A stretch of 33,039 nucleotides of DNA, taken from assembly GCA_046590735.1 (NCBI GenBank), contig JBKJUD010000312.1:1-33039 (forward strand). The letters run 5' to 3'. The DNA is from Candidatus Eiseniibacteriota bacterium (GTDB lineage Bacteria > Eisenbacteria > RBG-16-71-46 > CAZEPH01). The notes beneath the pieces are model-generated. The model saw only the letters and a list, made by a program, of their open reading frames with translations. It was not told where the DNA came from and made no database searches. Below, one piece after another: positions 29,031-33,039 of the stretch (the first letter of the stretch is position 1; each line of letters opens with the position of its first letter). Position numbers and translations under genes: made by a program.

Positions 29031-30164
29031 CTAGCTGGCCAGGCGCAGCGGCATCAGCAGGCAGAGCAGCTCTTCTCCCTCGGCCATCCCGATCGGTTCG
29101 ATGACGGCGGCAGTGACCGCGGTGTTCAGCTTCATGCGGAACGTCTGCGTGTCGAAGCTCCGGAGAATGTCGAGCAGGTACAGCGCGTTGTAGCCGGCGG
29201 TCAGCGTCTCGCCGGTGTACTCGGCGGCGATGTCCGTGGTGCCCTCGCCGATGTCCTGGGTGCGCGCTTCCAGCGAGGCCTGGCCGGTCGAGAAGGTGAT
29301 CTTCACCTGGTGGGTGAGGTTGTCCGCCAGCGAGTAGATGCGCCGCAGCGCCGCGATGGTCTCGGCGCGATCGAGCACGGCCTCCCGCGTGGACTCCTTC
29401 GGGATCACCTGCTCGTAGTTGGGGAACGGTCCCTCGATCAGCCGGCAGTACACCGTGGTGGAGCCGATCTGGAACACCGCGTGGTTCTTGTCGATGCCGA
29501 TCTCGATGTCGCCGGGGTCGTCGGCGATCAGGCGGAGCACCTGTTCGAGACCCTTCGGCGGGACGATGGGGTCGCTCTTGCCGAAGGGGCTCACGGGGCC
29601 CTTGGCGGAGGCGCGGCTCAGGCGGTGCCCGTCGGTCGCGACCATGCGCAGTTCGCCGTCCACGGCGCTCAGGAGCGCACCGGTGAGCGTCGGGTTGGTG
29701 GGGTCGTCGCTGGTGGCGTAAAGCGTCCGCTTGATCAGCGCCTCGAGGGTCGAGCCCTTGAGCGTGATGCGGCGCTCGAAGCGCAGTTCCGGCAGCGTCG
29801 GGAATTCGTCGGCGTCGGCCGCGGGAATGTGGATGACGGTCGTGCCCGAGCGCAGGGTGACGCGGTGGCGGTCGACCTCGATGGACACTTCGACCTTCGG
29901 CAGTTCGCGGACGACTTCCGCCATGCGGCGGGCGTTCACGGCGACGCGGAAGGTGCGTTCGTGCGCGGCGGGGATGCTGGCGATCATCGCGACATCCAGG
30001 TCGGTGCCCGTGACACGCAACTGGCTGCCTTCGGCCTCGAGGAGGAAGTTGGTGAGCATCGGCAGCGTGGTCTTGGTGGCGACGGTGCCGAGGACGCTTT
30101 GCAGGACCCGGTTCAGCGAGGGCTGGTCGAGGGTCACGGTGGGGTGCTCGAGGGTCACGCTCAT
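29031..30164 (-). CDS. dnaN: DNA polymerase III beta sliding clamp (377 aa)
   Basis: ORF 29031..30164: three-domain clamp sequence in the position after dnaA. GGAGGAA lies upstream of the ATG. Confidence 0.95.
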   Translation of the reverse strand: MSVTLEHPTVTLDQPSLNRVLQSVLGTVATKTTLPMLTNFLLEAEGSQLRVTGTDLDVAMIASIPAAHERTFRVAVNARRMAEVVRELPKVEVSIEVDRHRVTLRSGTTVIHIPAADADEFPTLPELRFERRITLKGSTLEALIKRTLYATSDDPTNPTLTGALLSAVDGELRMVATDGHRLSRASAKGPVSPFGKSDPIVPPKGLEQVLRLIADDPGDIEIGIDKNHAVFQIGSTTVYCRLIEGPFPNYEQVIPKESTREAVLDRAETIAALRRIYSLADNLTHQVKITFSTGQASLEARTQDIGEGTTDIAAEYTGETLTAGYNALYLLDILRSFDTQTFRMKLNTAVTAAVIEPIGMAEGEELLCLLMPLRLAS

Positions 30165-30232
30165 TGTGATGCCGATTCCTCCATGTCTCGGGGCGTGGCG
30201 TGCCTCCGAGGCACTTGGGTGACGATGAATTC

Positions 30233-30271
30233 CGTGGGACCCGTCAGTCTATCGCGTGGGTCCGACAGTCT
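30233..30271. repeat. Two direct copies of CGTGGG(a/t)CC(c)G(t/a)CAGTCT, starts 22 bp apart
   Basis: cgtgggacccgtcagtct (30233-30250) and cgtgggtccgacagtct (30255-30271), read directly in the dnaA-dnaN spacer. Confidence 0.6.
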
Positions 30272-30294
30272 CAAGCGACATTGTCCCCAGGTGG

Positions 30295-30381
30295 CCTTCT
30301 CATTCTCTTTACCTTCTCAGGAAGAAGAAGAAAGACACGGGGACATGTGAGTAACGCTTCGTGTTTCTTCGTATCATACAC
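30295..30381. other. AT-rich island with a polypyrimidine run followed by a polypurine (GAA)n run; possible unwinding element
   Basis: Hand count gives 49 A/T in 87 nt. ccttctcattctctttaccttctc is followed by aggaagaagaagaaaga (30319-30335, 17 consecutive purines). Confidence 0.45.
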
Positions 30382-30479
30382 GGGACGCTGTGGTTGCGGG
30401 CGGCGGTCGATGGGGGATTCCGTGTTCAATGTGGCGGAGGTTCTCCACCGCCTCGGCCGGCCGGTGGCCCGGGAGGGCG

Positions 30480-30518
30480 GAAGAGCGTGGGGCCTGCACA
30501 CTCCTCCCCACGCTCTTC
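30480..30518 (-). terminator. Perfect 13-bp stem / 13-nt loop hairpin 57 nt downstream of the dnaA stop (no U-tract)
   Basis: GAAGAGCGTGGGG (30480-30492), loop, CCCCACGCTCTTC (30506-30518). Confidence 0.3.
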
Positions 30519-30575
30519 ACATCCCGTGCGCGCCCAGTGTGGAGAGCGCGGTAGAACTCCTGCGCAGCGGGCGGC

Positions 30576-32024
30576 TTACAGCACTGCGACGTTGCCGCCG
30601 AAGCTCCGCACGATCTGTTCGACGAACCCGCGCAAGGACTCATTGACCTGCAGCAGGCCACGGATCTTGTCGCAGGCGTACAGCACGGTGGTGTGATCGC
30701 GCTTGCCGAAACGGTTGCCGATGTCCGCGAGCGACATCGGCGTCAGCTGGCGACAGAGATACATCGCCACCTGGCGCGCCTCGGCAATCGTGTTGGTGCG
30801 GCGCTTGCTGCGCATCTGCTCGACGGTGACGCCGTAGCGCCCGCCAACCAGGTGCGTGAGTTCGTCCACGCTGGCCCGGCGCACCTCGACACGCAGCGGC
30901 CGCAGGACCATCTGCAGCGCCTCCGCGGCGCGTTCGAGCGTGAGCTGGGACAACGGGACCCGGTGCAAGCTGGCAATCGCGAGCAGGCGCTTGAGGGCGC
31001 CCTCGAGTTCGCGAATGTTCGCCGTGGCCGAGTGGGCGATGAACAGTGCCAGCTCGTCGCTGAGCTGTTCGCCTTCCTGCTCGGCTTTCGTCTTGAGAAT
31101 GGCCACGCGCGTCTCGACATCCGGCGCCTGGATGTCCGCCACCAGGCCGCACTGGAAGCGCGACACGAGCCGCGCCTCCAGCTTGGTGATCTCGTGCGGC
31201 GGACGATCGCTCGTCAGGACGATCTGCTTGTGACCCTCGTACAGCGCGTTGAAGGTGTGGAAGAACTCTTCCTGCGTGCGCTCCTTGGTCTCGAGGAACT
31301 GGATGTCGTCGATGAGCAGCAGGTCGACGCTCCGGTACTTGTCCTTGAAATCGAGAATCTTGCCACGCTGGATCGAGGTGATCAGTTCGTTCATGTAGCG
31401 TTCGGAACTGACGTAGACGCAGCGTGCACTCGGCTGGCGCTGACGCAGCGCGTGACCGATGGCGTGCATGACGTGCGTCTTGCCCAGTCCCACCCCGCCG
31501 TAGATGAACAGCGGGTTGTAGCGGCGCCCGGGGTTCTCCGCCACCGCAAGGGCGGCGGCATGGGCGAACTGGTTCGAGGTACCGACCACGAAACTGCCGA
31601 ACGTGTACCGTGGATCGACGTCGCCGGAATCGAAGCCCGAAGGCACGACCGGGGCGAGTGCGCGAAGTGACGTGTGCGACACGGGCGCCGCTGGGGCGGG
31701 CGTCAATGTGGCCTGGGGCACGTCAGCTGACGCATCCGCCACGAGATAGTCCACGGTGATGCTGCGGTTCGTGGCTTGCGCGAAAGCGATGACGATGGTG
31801 CTGGCGTAGTGCTGCGATACCCACTCGACCTGGAAGCTGCTGGTGGCGACGACGTGAACGGTGTCGTCATCCTTCCAGCCGCCAAAGGTGAGCGAGCTGA
31901 TCCATGTCTCGAAACTCTGCGAGGTCAATTTCTCGCGGAGCAGGTCCAGTACGTGTTGCCAGAGGTTTTCGCCGTCGCCGTCTTCCGAGACGGGGGGGCG
32001 AACGATGCTGTCGGGGTTATCCAA
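30576..32024 (-). CDS. dnaA: Chromosomal replication initiator DnaA (482 aa, TTG start)
   Basis: ORF 30576..32024: NLWQHVLDLLREKLTSQSFETWI, Walker A GGVGLGKTH, DDIQFL, C-terminal DNA-binding RTNTIAEARQVAMYLCRQLT. A TGA three codons upstream leaves TTG as the only start in frame. Confidence 0.95.
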   Translation of the reverse strand: MDNPDSIVRPPVSEDGDGENLWQHVLDLLREKLTSQSFETWISSLTFGGWKDDDTVHVVATSSFQVEWVSQHYASTIVIAFAQATNRSITVDYLVADASADVPQATLTPAPAAPVSHTSLRALAPVVPSGFDSGDVDPRYTFGSFVVGTSNQFAHAAALAVAENPGRRYNPLFIYGGVGLGKTHVMHAIGHALRQRQPSARCVYVSSERYMNELITSIQRGKILDFKDKYRSVDLLLIDDIQFLETKERTQEEFFHTFNALYEGHKQIVLTSDRPPHEITKLEARLVSRFQCGLVADIQAPDVETRVAILKTKAEQEGEQLSDELALFIAHSATANIRELEGALKRLLAIASLHRVPLSQLTLERAAEALQMVLRPLRVEVRRASVDELTHLVGGRYGVTVEQMRSKRRTNTIAEARQVAMYLCRQLTPMSLADIGNRFGKRDHTTVLYACDKIRGLLQVNESLRGFVEQIVRSFGGNVAVL

Positions 32025-32025
32025 T
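32017..32025 (+). promoter_or_regulatory. DnaA-box-like 9-mer TTATCCAAT (2 mismatches) overlapping the dnaA start codon
   Basis: Read directly. Compared with the E. coli-type consensus TTATCCACA. Confidence 0.3.
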
Positions 32026-32064
32026 CCGGGTCAGAACCGCGCAGGGTCGCGGCTCCTCGCCTCC

Positions 32065-32073
32065 TTTCCCACA
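32065..32073 (+). promoter_or_regulatory. DnaA-box-like 9-mer TTTCCCACA (2 mismatches)
   Basis: Read directly. Same orientation as the other boxes. Confidence 0.3.
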
Positions 32074-32111
32074 CCTGAAAATAGGGACAGGCAGGACACG
32101 GACATGTCGAG

Positions 32112-32120
32112 TTCTCCACA
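32112..32120 (+). promoter_or_regulatory. DnaA-box-like 9-mer TTCTCCACA (1 mismatch)
   Basis: Read directly. Confidence 0.45.
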
Positions 32121-32204
32121 TCCGTGTATGAGGTCGGTGCAGAACTGCCCAAAGCCATGGCGCCTTGACCGATAGAGGATTATCTGGGGCATCCAATCCC
32201 CATG

Positions 32205-32213
32205 TTATCCACA
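32205..32213 (+). promoter_or_regulatory. Perfect consensus DnaA box TTATCCACA, followed by an AT-rich patch
   Basis: Read directly. The flanking sequence ttatccacatgaaatatagtgtagaatgttgtg (32205-32237) is 23/33 A/T by hand count. Confidence 0.6.
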
Positions 32214-32491
32214 TGAAATATAGTGTAGAATGTTGTGCCGCCGTGGCTTAGCCGCGCGCCGCGGTGTCTGGCGCGTGGAGGCGGAACCTACCGTGGACGC
32301 CAGGGCGGTACAAGACTATTCGTATGCCATTGCGCAAGTGACACCCCTGCAAGCCGCCGGGAGATAGTGCGCACCGGGGCAGGGGGCTCCAGGGGGCGCA
32401 CCCGAGTAGGTGCGGAGGAGTGCGGCGCACGCGTAACGTACTTCAGGTCATATTGTTGCGAGAGAACATATGAGCGTATGGATCAGGTCTT

Positions 32492-32617
32492 CCGCATGGG
32501 GACGCCATTTTCGCGGGTCGCGAGCGTGTTTCGCCGCATGGGGACGCCATTTTCTCAGGTCGCGATCGAGTTTCGGCGCGCGCGGACGCCTCTTTGGCGG
32601 GGGCGATTCCGGGACGT
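32492..32617. repeat. Tandem direct repeat, 42-bp unit, two near-identical copies plus a degenerate third
   Basis: Copy 1 (32492-32533) and copy 2 (32534-32575) match at 38/42 positions, including the first 21 nt ccgcatggggacgccattttc. Copy 3 (32576-32617) keeps GGACGCC..TTT..GCGGG in register. Confidence 0.8.
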
Positions 32618-32763
32618 CCAGTGTTCACGCGACTTCCCCGCGCGGGGCGCAGAGGAAATGGCGTGGGCAAGGCATTCTCGGCGATGCGGTCCGCGCGGAC
32701 CGCGTGGCGACGCGCGAATCGGCGCGTGCGGCGCGTGCCGGCAGGGGCGTAGGTGGATATCCA

Positions 32764-32792
32764 TTGACGGAGGGCCACCTCGCCGATACTAT
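32764..32792 (+). promoter_or_regulatory. Candidate sigma70-type promoter for rpmH
   Basis: TTGACG (32764-32769), a 17-nt spacer, then TACTAT (32787-32792), 38 nt upstream of the rpmH GTG. The palindrome TGGATATCCA lies immediately upstream. Confidence 0.5.
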
Positions 32793-32830
32793 CTCGCCTC
32801 TTGTCCTCGAACTGTGCAGGGAGGTTTGTC

Positions 32831-32971
32831 GTGAAGCGTACGTACCAGCCGCACAACCGTCGCCGCGCCAAGGTGCACGGATTCCGCGCCCGCATGGCCG
32901 ACCGTCATGGCCGCGCGATTCTCAGCCGTCGTCGCGCCAAGGGCCGCCGGCGCCTGACCGTCTCCGGCTAG
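32831..32971 (+). CDS. rpmH: 50S ribosomal protein L34 (46 aa, GTG start)
   Basis: Manual translation: (M)[45 protein letters not shown] then TAG. GGGAGG lies 6 nt upstream of the GTG. Confidence 0.95.
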   Translation: MKRTYQPHNRRRAKVHGFRARMADRHGRAILSRRRAKGRRRLTVSG

Positions 32972-32985
32972 TTTTCCAGGTTGCG

Positions 32986-33039
32986 ATGGCGACGCCCGCT
33001 CGTCGCCCAGTGGCTTTCGCCGGACTACCGATCCGCTAC
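32986..33039 (+). CDS. rnpA: Probable start of the RNase P protein component; runs off the right edge
   Basis: ATG at 32986 lies 14 nt after rpmH and reads MATPARRPVAFAGLPIRY... The call rests on position and on the LPxRxR-type N-terminus only. Confidence 0.4.
   Translation, partial: MATPARRPVAFAGLPIRY

Noticed and set aside
32492-32617. Possible CRISPR array
   Set aside because: The units are directly adjacent with no spacers. There are only two good copies, and no cas genes are present in the window.
32617-32632. parS-like sequence agTGTTCACGCGAc
   Set aside because: It matches only one half-site of TGTTTCACGTGAAACA, with a missing T, and has no dyad partner.
32235-32834. 199-aa plus-strand ORF spanning the 42-bp repeats and running into the rpmH start
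   Set aside because: It has many A/T-ending codons, unlike every credible gene here. Its repetitive peptide (RMGTPFS...) simply mirrors the DNA repeat. It would also overlap the rpmH promoter and start.

Overview
GC-rich (by eye about two-thirds G+C, not computed) bacterial chromosome segment covering the replication-origin neighbourhood. Every gene I can support from 1 to 32024 is on the minus strand. Orientation flips only at the 806-bp dnaA/rpmH spacer, where rpmH and probably rnpA run on the plus strand. Core block, read in minus sense: dnaA (TTG start), dnaN, a DUF721/DciA-like gene, gyrB, an SRPBCC protein, two small membrane proteins, gyrA. There is no recF. After gyrA come a small-protein plus nucleotidyltransferase-fold cassette, TerC, an O-methyltransferase and DUF1801. 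A stress/detox stretch follows: three stand-alone VOC genes plus a VOC domain fused to a GNAT, MOSC, catalase and 1-Cys peroxiredoxin. Then come a YtrA-like GntR/ABC operon, DUF4386, an SPFH protein, a MEDS protein next to a 971-aa hybrid histidine kinase, and a DUF5990/GyrI-like pair. I found no rRNA, tRNA, CRISPR array, transposase or integrase. Points worth a second look: (1) three tandem 42-bp repeats and an unexplained GC-rich non-coding block in the rpmH-dnaA spacer, beside a DnaA-box cluster; (2) a 411-bp dnaA-dnaN spacer with an AT-rich pyrimidine/purine island, a 22-bp-phased repeat and a perfect 13-bp stem; (3) an otherwise intact MEDS gene with one in-frame TGA followed by a SECIS-like hairpin; (4) an ATGA-coupled two-gene cassette right after gyrA; (5) an unusual density of gene remnants that keep their ends but have lost their middles, two of them with a Trp codon apparently changed to a stop. 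Family names come from my reading of the translated ORFs, not from searches. Phylum cannot be determined from this window.
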